Part shown: positions 8,818 through 16,593 of the stretch, piece after piece
Layout of the letters: each line of letters opens with the position of its first letter
How positions within the stretch are numbered: position 1 is the first letter of the stretch
Assembly (NCBI GenBank): GCA_040751795.1
Contig: JBFMHR010000003.1
Coordinates: forward strand, 32,001 to 96,000
Length of the DNA stretch: 64,000 nucleotides
Direction: 5' to 3'
Source of the DNA: Thermoplasmatota archaeon
GTDB lineage: Archaea > Thermoplasmatota > Thermoplasmata > UBA10834
Notes under the pieces: model-generated
Databases searched by the model: none
What the model was told of the DNA's origin: nothing
What the model saw: only the letters and a program-made list of their open reading frames with translations
Made by a program: the position numbers and the translations under genes

Positions 8818-9323
8818 TCCAGAACCTCCCTGCTCCAGTCAACATGGCCGACTGGATATTTCTGGATTTCTCCCGCGGCTATCTTCTCGATGGCCGCCGC
8901 GACCTCCGCGGGCTTCATACCAGTGGTGTCCACCTCGCACACCTCCGGGACGCTCTCGACCGCCTCGACGAGGATCACGTCGACGGCCTCCGCCTCGACG
9001 TTCTCGCGGACCTTGGCCTCGGGCCACCCCTTCTTGGCGAGCCTCCTCCCGAGGACCTTCGGGGAGCACCTCAGCACCACCGCGACGTCCACGTCCAGGA
9101 GGTGCGAGAGGTGCCCCTCGAGGAGGAGGTCGCCCTCCAGCTTCGACACGGCCTTGGCCAGCCTCCGGACGTCGACCTCCTTGGTCCTCCGCCCCTCGTC
9201 GAAGCCGACCACCGCGCCGCAGCTCTCGGCGAGGTCGTTGACGTGCACGACCTTGAGCGTCCGCACAAGCTCGGACGCCGAGGTCTTGCCCACGCCCGGC
9301 GTCCCTGTGACCGCGATCCTCAT
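8808..9323 (-). CDS. Adenylate kinase, AK6/Fap7 family
   Basis: TGTPGVGKT P-loop, EGHLSH, KVRENVEAE. Confidence 0.93.
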   Translation of the reverse strand: MRIAVTGTPGVGKTSASELVRTLKVVHVNDLAESCGAVVGFDEGRRTKEVDVRRLAKAVSKLEGDLLLEGHLSHLLDVDVAVVLRCSPKVLGRRLAKKGWPEAKVRENVEAEAVDVILVEAVESVPEVCEVDTTGMKPAEVAAAIEKIAAGEIQKYPVGHVDWSREVLDWF

Positions 9324-9353
9324 GCCGACCATCCATACGAGCGTCGGGAGATA

Positions 9354-10163
9354 TCAAGGCTCACACGCGCGCCCGCCCAGCTCCTCCGCGAAGGCGAGGG
9401 CCATCGCGCTCCTCCTCATCCGCGCCTCCACGGCCCGCCTTATCCCGACCGCCGCGCGCGGATCCACCGGGAACCCGATGCCGCAGTCTATGTCCATGAG
9501 GACCAGGTACTCCGCGGGGGCGAGGCCCACCCTCACCGGCCTCTTCCCGGCCTCGGGCCCCATCGACTCCAGGTCCATCCTGCCCGAGCTGCCCTCGTTC
9601 ATCATCCAGACGATCCTCCGGACCATGTTCCAGAGGAAGCTCTCTGCCCTGAAGTCGACCGCGTAGAACATCCCGGAGTCGGAGACGTCGATGGAGTCGA
9701 TCCTCCTCACCGGGTTCCTGTCGTCCTTCCTCGCGTAGCCGGAGAAGTCGTGCACCCCGACGAACCTGGACGCGACCTCCCTCAGGAGCGCGGGGTCCTG
9801 GCCCGACCTGGGCAGGTGGTACCTGTACCACCGCTGCCTCGCGGCGCGCGGGTTGAACCCGTCCGGGACCTTGACGGCGGAGAAGGCCCAGACGTCCTCC
9901 ATCTCGGAGTTGATGGCGGAGCAGAGCGACCCCAGCGGGAAGGAGGTCCTGAACGACACGATGTTGCCGAGGGCGCTCACCCCGCGGTCTGTCCTGCTCG
10001 AGCTCCTGTAGCCGCACTCGCGCGGCGAGCTTATCGCGCCGACCCTCGCGAGCGCGTGCACGAGGGCGCCCTCGACCGTGGCGCCCTCCGGCTGCCTCTG
10101 GAAGCCGAGGAAGCTCGCGCCGTCGTACGCGAACTTGAGCGCCACCCTCTCGTCCTGGGACAC
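9354..10163 (-). CDS. truA: tRNA pseudouridine(38-40) synthase
   Basis: YDGASFLGFQRQP, SRTDRGVSA, FVGVHDF, FLWNMVR; GTG start. Confidence 0.95.
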   Translation of the reverse strand: MSQDERVALKFAYDGASFLGFQRQPEGATVEGALVHALARVGAISSPRECGYRSSSRTDRGVSALGNIVSFRTSFPLGSLCSAINSEMEDVWAFSAVKVPDGFNPRAARQRWYRYHLPRSGQDPALLREVASRFVGVHDFSGYARKDDRNPVRRIDSIDVSDSGMFYAVDFRAESFLWNMVRRIVWMMNEGSSGRMDLESMGPEAGKRPVRVGLAPAEYLVLMDIDCGIGFPVDPRAAVGIRRAVEARMRRSAMALAFAEELGGRACEP

Positions 10164-10215
10164 GTCCGTGTCATCTGCTACAGGGTTAAATACATGCGGC
10201 ATCCGTGCTGGGGGC

Positions 10216-10968
10216 GTGCCCCGGTTCAGGGTAGTGCTCATCGAGCCTCTGCACGACGGGAACGTCGGCGCCATCGCGAGGGCCATGAAGAACTTCGGGC
10301 TGGACGACCTCGTCCTCGTCAGGCCGTGCGCGATCGGCGAGGAGGCCACCAAGAGGTCCATGCACGCCATCGACGTGCTCCAGAGCGCGAGGAGGGTGTT
10401 CACGGACGAGGAGGCGCTCAAGGGGGCGGACTTCGTGGCTGCGACCTCCGGCATCTCCACCTCCAACGAGAAGCGCTTCTCCAGGATCGCCATGACCCCG
10501 AGGGAGTTCGCGGAGAAGGTCAAGGACGTCGACGGGACGATAGCCGTACTCTTCGGGAGGGAGGACTTCGGCCTGGACAAGGAGCTCATCAGGCGCTGCG
10601 ACTTCCTCGTCACGGTGCCCGCGAATCCCGAGTACACCGTGATGAACATCAGCCACGCGGCCGCGGTCGTCTTCTACGAGCTCTTCGCGTCCAACTTCAC
10701 CAAGTGGGAGCCGAGGAAGGCGGCCGAGCTGGAGACGGAGAAGCTCCACGAGTACTTCGCGACGCTCCTGGACCTGATAGACTACCCGCAGCACAAGAAG
10801 GCGAAGACCAAGGTGATGTTCAGGAGGCTCATCGCGAGGTCCGCGCCCTCGACGTGGGAGTTCCACACCCTGATGGGCGTGCTGAACGACTCGATGAGGA
10901 AGTGCTCGGACGGGGAGGTCCCGAAGAGGCGCGCGAAAAAGGGGGGTAGCCCCTCCAAGTTGCGGTGA
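10216..10968 (+). CDS. trmJ: SPOUT tRNA methyltransferase, TrmJ family
   Basis: GNVGAIARAMKNFG, LFGREDFGL, YTVMNISHA. Confidence 0.88.
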   Translation: MPRFRVVLIEPLHDGNVGAIARAMKNFGLDDLVLVRPCAIGEEATKRSMHAIDVLQSARRVFTDEEALKGADFVAATSGISTSNEKRFSRIAMTPREFAEKVKDVDGTIAVLFGREDFGLDKELIRRCDFLVTVPANPEYTVMNISHAAAVVFYELFASNFTKWEPRKAAELETEKLHEYFATLLDLIDYPQHKKAKTKVMFRRLIARSAPSTWEFHTLMGVLNDSMRKCSDGEVPKRRAKKGGSPSKLR

Positions 10969-11011
10969 GGGGCGTGGTTGTGGTTGTGTCTTCTGTGGGG
11001 GAGGAATCAGG

Positions 11012-12067
11012 TCATCCTAAGGCCCCTGCAAGGCCGTACGAGGGCGGCCTGTAGCCGACCTCCTCGATGCCTACCGGGGACGAGCACTGCGCCGCCGCTC
11101 CGGGCGTCCTGATGCCCGTGACGATCGCCATGAGCTTGATGTTGCTGCCAGCGTCGGGGTCTATGCGTGCGCCGAGCTTGATGTTCGCCGTGTCGCCGAG
11201 CCTGTTGGTTATGCCGTTGAAGACCTCGTAGGCCTTCCTCAGGGAGAGCGTGGGCCCGCCCGTGACGTGTATCATCGCCCCGGTGGCGCCCTCGAAGTCT
11301 ATGTCCAGGAGGGGGTTGCTGATCGCCTCGAGGACGACCTTGTGGGCGTCCTCGCTCTCGCCGTAGAGGACCGTGGACGCGCCGCCCTTGAGCATCATCG
11401 TCCTGAAGTCCGCGAAGTCCAGGTTGATCATGCTGGTCTCGCAGATCGTCTCGGTGACGCCCCTGACGACCTCCACGATGAGCTGGTCCATGACCATGAA
11501 CGCCTGCTCTATCGGCAGCTTGGGCACTATCTTGAGGAGCCTGTTGTTGTCGAGGATGATGGTGCTGTGGGCGCGCTCGCGCAGCTTCGCGATCCCCGCC
11601 ATGGCCACGCGCGACCTGCCCTTCTCTATGTCGAAGGGGATGGTCACGAGCGCGACGGAGATCGCGCCGTGCTTGCGGGCCGCCTCCGCGACGACCGGGG
11701 CGACTCCCGTGCCCGTCCCCCCGCCCATGCCGGCGGCGACGAACACGATGTCGTAGTCCCGGACGAGGAGCTCGATCTTGTCCAGGTAGTCGTAGGCGAC
11801 CTTCTCCCCTATGGCGGGGTCGCCCCCCGTGCCGTATCCGTTGGTGAAGTTGTCGCCGATGAGGAGCTTCTTGCCGGCGTTCACCCTGGACATGTGGAAC
11901 TTGTCGGTGTTGATGGCTATGGTGTCCGCCTCGAGGCCGGCCTGGTTCATCCTGTGCACGCTGTTGGAGCCGCCGCCTCCGCAGCCGACGACGCAGATCT
12001 TGGGGGACAGGCGCGCCTCGAGGTCGCAGTCGTTCTCGAGGGCGTCCTGGATGATCCTGTTGAGCAT
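11012..12067 (-). CDS. ftsZ: Cell division protein FtsZ, FtsZ2-type
   Basis: GCGGGGSN, GMGGGTGTG tubulin signature, INLDFAD T7 loop; lies downstream of an RHH regulator as in cdrS-ftsZ2 loci. Confidence 0.92.
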   Translation of the reverse strand: MLNRIIQDALENDCDLEARLSPKICVVGCGGGGSNSVHRMNQAGLEADTIAINTDKFHMSRVNAGKKLLIGDNFTNGYGTGGDPAIGEKVAYDYLDKIELLVRDYDIVFVAAGMGGGTGTGVAPVVAEAARKHGAISVALVTIPFDIEKGRSRVAMAGIAKLRERAHSTIILDNNRLLKIVPKLPIEQAFMVMDQLIVEVVRGVTETICETSMINLDFADFRTMMLKGGASTVLYGESEDAHKVVLEAISNPLLDIDFEGATGAMIHVTGGPTLSLRKAYEVFNGITNRLGDTANIKLGARIDPDAGSNIKLMAIVTGIRTPGAAAQCSSPVGIEEVGYRPPSYGLAGALG

Positions 12068-12155
12068 GCGCTAACCGCACCTCCCGGGGGAGGGCGTGCG
12101 CTCATGCGTACATGCGTGCGTGGCCGACATCTTCCCATCCCTTGTTTCTAGGCCG

Positions 12156-12470
12156 TCACCGCTCCAGTTCCTCTATCGCCTTCGACAGCCTCTTGCGTAT
12201 GTATTCGCGCACGGCGTTCCTTATCGCGTCGTCGACGGACACGGAGTCGCCGTCCTGGACGAGCTGCTTGAGGTTGACCACATTCCCCTTGGGCAGCTCG
12301 ACTGTGACCTTCTCTATGTACTCGGGCGTGAACTCGCCCTCGACGAACTTGTCGATGGCGGCCCTAATCGCGTCAGATATGGTGGAGAACCTGCCCTGGT
12401 CCACGAGAGCCTGGAGTGCATGGATGCGCTCCTCCGGGAGCCGGATTGTGACCCGCTCTGACTCTACCAT
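12156..12470 (-). CDS. Tandem ribbon-helix-helix regulator, CdrS-like
   Basis: ERVTIRLP...LVDQGRFSTISDAIRAAI followed by a second unit, EKVTVELP...LVQDGDSVSVDDAIRNAV; immediately upstream of ftsZ2. Confidence 0.85.
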   Translation of the reverse strand: MVESERVTIRLPEERIHALQALVDQGRFSTISDAIRAAIDKFVEGEFTPEYIEKVTVELPKGNVVNLKQLVQDGDSVSVDDAIRNAVREYIRKRLSKAIEELER

Positions 12471-12537
12471 CTGGCAGCCTCCTGTCGTCCGACGATATCG
12501 CGGTGTTCGTCAGACAAATGTCAGTATCAACTCCGTG

Positions 12538-12553
12538 ATATTTATACCTTTTC
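12538..12553 (-). promoter_or_regulatory. BRE/TATA promoter of the cdrS-ftsZ2 unit
   Basis: Minus strand reads GAAAAGGTATAAATA, about 70 bp upstream of the RHH start. Confidence 0.6.
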
Positions 12554-12560
12554 AGCCCTC

Positions 12561-12940
12561 GGTTCTGGTGCATTAGCGGGTGTTGGCCGTCCGCTGTTTG
12601 TCCGCTGTTTCTTTTCGGGTGCTGGCTAGCTTCAATAACTCGTGCCATTTGAAGCCCTTTAGAGGGGGCAGATCGGCGGCCTCTCCAGGGGTCTTTCCTA
12701 GTGTCTGATGCGTCCGCACCATGTCGTAGTGCACTCTCCACCCGTCCATCAGGGCGGCTGCGCCCGTCTCTCCGTCGAAGGCCCTCATGACCTTGGTTCG
12801 GGACTTCTCCGAGCCGTGGAGCCTCTCGATCTTGTTGTTGTTCTTCTCCGCCCTGATGCTCTCGACCAGGACATGCGGGTTCTTGTGGCCCGTGCCAAGC
12901 TCGCGCCTGATGGCCTTCGGGTAGCCTGGAGGCAACGTCG
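12561..12940 (-). mobile_element. Truncated IS6-family element: terminal inverted repeat plus 3' part of a DDE transposase
   Basis: End GGTTCTGGTGCA resembles IS6-family IRs (GGTTCTGTTGCA type). ORF YPKAI...NNNKIERLHG..K.RTKVMRAF...YDMVRTHQTLGKTP is an IS6-like C-terminus; the 5' half is missing. Confidence 0.82.
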
Positions 12941-12955
12941 TCGGGCATAATGTCG

Positions 12956-13747
12956 TCATCTCAAAGCCCACCGCAACACTTCCGACAATACCGTCAGTCC
13001 AATAGGAATGAGGATGTACGCCACAGCTGTCCAAAGCCGCTTCTTCCATACGTCTCCTATCCTACTATGCTCAGGGCCAGTTACGAGTTCGACTCTTGGA
13101 TAGAGGTTTTCAAACCGTTTAACAAAAGATGGCATTGCATATATCGCTGCGATGAAGAACACAAGGAAGAGAAACCAGAATGCGTTGCTATCCCACTCTG
13201 CATCCTCAGTGAGCTTGGTCAATATCACGATTGTATTCGTGAAGAGATAAGCGAACACTAGCGGCAATAATGTAATCATGCAGAATCGTCTTAGCTTTGT
13301 AAATTTCACCTGCGGCTTTGCGTCTCCGATTATCTTCTCTAGAGTACCCCGAATGCCATTTACCCAGATGTCCTGGCTACCTGTAACGGATATTACATTG
13401 TTTGTGTCGGTATCAGAACCATGTTCCAGCCGGATAGAAATGGTCTTATTCTCATCCTTATTCTCAAATACCATTTCTACATAGACAATCCTCTTGTCAT
13501 AGAGCCGTCCTCCTTCTGCGAAGACCCCTGCGTCGTCACATTCGTATTGCGTCCCGTCCGAACTTCGAAGAATGTATTTCCTCGTCGGTACTGTCCTTGT
13601 CGGTGGATACACAACAACAGGGTCATCGGGGTCAGCTTCCTCGGCAGTTTTCAGATATTCTGCCTCAATGACCTCTGCCAACTTCCTAATGTCGCCAATC
13701 GTGAATATCCTGTCAGAAATCCTGTATGGTGGCGGGGTGATCTTCAT
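12956..13747 (-). CDS. Hypothetical protein, soluble N-domain plus about 3 C-terminal TM helices (island cargo)
   Basis: 263 aa ORF, GGAGG SD, lower GC than flanks, three hydrophobic segments. Confidence 0.75.
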   Translation of the reverse strand: MKITPPPYRISDRIFTIGDIRKLAEVIEAEYLKTAEEADPDDPVVVYPPTRTVPTRKYILRSSDGTQYECDDAGVFAEGGRLYDKRIVYVEMVFENKDENKTISIRLEHGSDTDTNNVISVTGSQDIWVNGIRGTLEKIIGDAKPQVKFTKLRRFCMITLLPLVFAYLFTNTIVILTKLTEDAEWDSNAFWFLFLVFFIAAIYAMPSFVKRFENLYPRVELVTGPEHSRIGDVWKKRLWTAVAYILIPIGLTVLSEVLRWALR

Positions 13748-13987
13748 AATCGTTGATTCCTCCTTCGACTATCCACGTCGAAATACTATAGTGAGCTTAT
13801 GAATGTAATTCATGAATCATCTGGTCATGCTTGATTTCGCTGGATTCCGCCCACCACCCAAATTGCCACGCTCAGGCGGGGCCGTCAGACCACCCTCCGA
13901 TTTGCTCCAGAACCTCAGCCTCGGGCATTGTCATCTTGAGTGTGATAGCCAGACCACGTCTGGTATGACGAATTTCTTACGAGTTCG

Positions 13988-14923
13988 CTACTCAGCTGAG
14001 TACTTGTATCGAAGGTCGACCAGAATCCTGTCATAGAGGTTAGAGGCACTCTCGAGGTATGCCGAGGCGGCAAGGGCTTTTCCCCTCAGTTCTTCTGAAT
14101 GGAGGGCAGTAACAAGACCTGGTACCCTGATCTTCTTGCCATCGAGATTGCTGATCACGAAAGGTCGGTCGCCACCCCATATCAAAGTGTTGAAATAATC
14201 CTTCTGAGGTGATTGGCTTTGGTGCTCCGTGAGATGCTTGTACATTGTGAAGACCACGCTGCGCACAATCTCGGTCTGGTCATCCGGCTTCGTGCGTTCT
14301 ACATCCACTCCTTTCGCAATCTCATAGGCTTCGGTGGCAAAGTCGTTGAAATTCCTGATGAACGAGACTGATTCCTTCTCCAGCTCATCCATCATATTGA
14401 CAAGGTTTCCGTCGAGGTACTGCATGTCTTTCTGACGATCTGGCGTGATGTGCTTCCGCCACGCTGTCACAAGTCCCTCGGGAATCTTCCCGTCTTCAAA
14501 CCGAAGATTGCCAGCTCTGATTCTGACAACTGTGCTAGGCATCATAGAGGTCTTGTACTTGACAAAAGCTTCCTGGGCAGCAGCACTCAACTTCCCGTCC
14601 TCCTGCCTTAGGACTGATGCACGGTTTCGAAGGCTGACCGCCTTTCTATCAGCCGATAAAGTACACCACAGCGCGGAACACCACAACATTATCATTGAGA
14701 AGAAGGTGAGCGCCGATGCGACAACGGCTATCTGCCTGAAGGGCTCGCCCTCCGGTGCATACGCGAGACTCGTTAGGAGGGCTACGAGAACCACAATAAT
14801 CACAGTTGGCAGCCCCTTCAGGAGACTCATCCATATCTCCCTGTGAGTTTCGAGGTCTTGAATGTCTTGATTGGATTGCCTAAGTTCCTCATTGAGACCT
14901 GCAAGCCTTCCGCCCACAACCAT
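13988..14923 (-). CDS. Hypothetical protein, 2 TM helices plus helical C-domain (island cargo)
   Basis: 311 aa ORF with lower GC and two hydrophobic segments near the N-terminus. Confidence 0.65.
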   Translation of the reverse strand: MVVGGRLAGLNEELRQSNQDIQDLETHREIWMSLLKGLPTVIIVVLVALLTSLAYAPEGEPFRQIAVVASALTFFSMIMLWCSALWCTLSADRKAVSLRNRASVLRQEDGKLSAAAQEAFVKYKTSMMPSTVVRIRAGNLRFEDGKIPEGLVTAWRKHITPDRQKDMQYLDGNLVNMMDELEKESVSFIRNFNDFATEAYEIAKGVDVERTKPDDQTEIVRSVVFTMYKHLTEHQSQSPQKDYFNTLIWGGDRPFVISNLDGKKIRVPGLVTALHSEELRGKALAASAYLESASNLYDRILVDLRYKYSAE

Positions 14924-15132
14924 TGAACCGAGAACTACGAAGTTGGTGATTAAACTGACTCAGCGAACAGTCCACTGAATGGAGTCTCCCCCAACCATTC
15001 TCAAATGGGCAGATAAAACCGGCCTTCTCTGCGAGGGGCAGTCCACCCAGCACAGAGTGTCTCCTCAAGAAGTTGTACTGAATCACGGAAGAAGGCACCT
15101 TGTCATGACAATCCTCAAATAGCGCACAACAG

Positions 15133-15675
15133 ATGGATTCCTCTGGAGGAGGTGGTATGCAAGCCTCTAGTCTTAGTCTTGAGAAGAGAGGATTCTGGGA
15201 AGCATCGAGGGAGGCCTACAGGTTCATTCTGGCTATGGCCATCCTGATCATCTTCGGGATGTTGCTGGTAGCCACCATGGCGGGAGGATATACTGACCCG
15301 ACGGTCATTGCGGGCATGTTCAGCGGCTGGATAGTAGCCATCATTGGCTTCTACTTCATGGATGAAGTGTCTGCTCGGTCTACGTCCGAAGAGGTCAAGC
15401 GAGCAGTCCAGAGCCAATACGACGATGCATTCGCAGCGCACGAGGAGAACCTAAGGGCAAAAGACACCGTCATACAGCGGTTGAAGGACGAGCTAGTCAC
15501 TCTATCCTATGACTGTGCCAGGGCCAAGAAGGAGCGGGATGAAATCATAAACCAGCAGAAGGAGGCTCTCGAGAAGCTGATAAACGAGGTCGAGGAACGA
15601 CGAGCATTTGCGAAGCAATTCTCAGACATGCTAACTCAGCTTGGCCCGAAGCCAGAGAGTGTGAAGGAGGGATAG
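15133..15675 (+). CDS. Hypothetical protein, 2 TM helices plus coiled coil (island cargo)
   Basis: Two TM segments ending WIVAIIGFYF, then a heptad-rich tail. ATG 15157 after GGAGGTG is an alternative start. Confidence 0.75.
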   Translation: MDSSGGGGMQASSLSLEKRGFWEASREAYRFILAMAILIIFGMLLVATMAGGYTDPTVIAGMFSGWIVAIIGFYFMDEVSARSTSEEVKRAVQSQYDDAFAAHEENLRAKDTVIQRLKDELVTLSYDCARAKKERDEIINQQKEALEKLINEVEERRAFAKQFSDMLTQLGPKPESVKEG

Positions 15676-15708
15676 ATCCTTTCCAAGGAAAGGTGTGAGG
15701 TGCTGTCT

Positions 15709-15960
15709 ATGGCAGAGGAGAAGGAAACCCTGAAGCAAAAGGTTACCCGTTTCGAGGAATGGCTTGAAGAGATTGACAAGCAGAACCAGGTCAACTTCGA
15801 GGAATTGAAGCTGGTGCTCAAGCGAAAACCGTCTGAAGATGACTCATGTGCCGATGTCAGACTGGCTGTTCAGCAGACAGTTGCCAGGGCAACTGAGGAT
15901 AGTGTCAGGATAGACAACGAATCCAGGGAGAGATTGAGGAAGGTCAAGAGGGCGTTCTGA
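15709..15960 (+). CDS. Small coiled-coil hypothetical protein, likely co-transcribed with 15133-15675
   Basis: GAGGTG SD before ATG 15709; charged helical sequence. Confidence 0.65.
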   Translation: MAEEKETLKQKVTRFEEWLEEIDKQNQVNFEELKLVLKRKPSEDDSCADVRLAVQQTVARATEDSVRIDNESRERLRKVKRAF

Positions 15961-16001
15961 ACTTCAATCGAGCTCTGTCCACTGCTGCGTCCAATGATGT
16001 C

Positions 16002-16343
16002 CTACGAACTCAACCACGCTGACAGGAACTCGAGGTAGTCCTGGGAGTTCTTGCCGAACGAGTGGTTCTCCACCGACTCCATGAGCCTGTCGACGCAGTT
16101 CACCATGGCCCTGTCCGACCACTTCTTCTCCGCCGCCACGACCCTCACGACGTTGAACAGCGTCCAGGGGAGGATGGTGTAGTCCTTAACCGTGTCCTCG
16201 CCGACGAGGATTCTCCGGAGGCTCTTGAGGGCCTTGAGCACATCGCTGTCGGTCATCGATGGATCGAGCTCGTAGAGTTCTAGGATTGTTGACTCCATTC
16301 CCCAGTAGACCGGGGCATACTTCCCCCAATGGCTCCTGCTCAC
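16002..16343 (-). CDS. Hypothetical protein
   Basis: GTG 16343 overlaps the stop of the upstream transposase fragment; ...ESTILELYELDPSMTDSDVLKAL...YLEFLSAWLS with GC-rich third codon positions. Confidence 0.6.
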   Translation of the reverse strand: MSRSHWGKYAPVYWGMESTILELYELDPSMTDSDVLKALKSLRRILVGEDTVKDYTILPWTLFNVVRVVAAEKKWSDRAMVNCVDRLMESVENHSFGKNSQDYLEFLSAWLSS

Positions 16344-16453
16344 GCCACGTTCATGGGGCGAGCTGTTGAAGATGCTTTCGGATACCGTGCCATGATCTCC
16401 TTCTTGAGCAGTTCGCGGATGTTGTGGAGGGTGACCCTCAGCCTGAGCTCCCT
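16340..16453 (-). pseudogene. C-terminal remnant of a second DDE transposase (IS5/IS4-like), cut by the IS6 end
   Basis: Frame reads RELRLRVTLHNIRELLKKEIMARYP...*, resembling the 'RELxLxxxxHNI' tail of IS5/IS4-type transposases; begins exactly at the IS6 IR junction. Confidence 0.5.
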
Positions 16454-16583
16454 GGTTCTGGTGCATCAACGGGCAGTGGCAGTCCGCTGTTTGTCCGCTG
16501 TTTCTTTTCGGGTGCTGGCTAGCTTCAGAAGCTCATGCCATTTGAAGCCCTTCGGAGGGGGCAGGTCGGCGGCCTCTCCGGGG
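16454..16583 (-). mobile_element. Second truncated IS6-family end, direct repeat of 12561-12690
   Basis: 130 bp ungapped match with 14 mismatches by manual count (about 89%); starts with the same GGTTCTGGTGCA end. Confidence 0.88.
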
Positions 16584-16593
16584 CCGGATGCGG

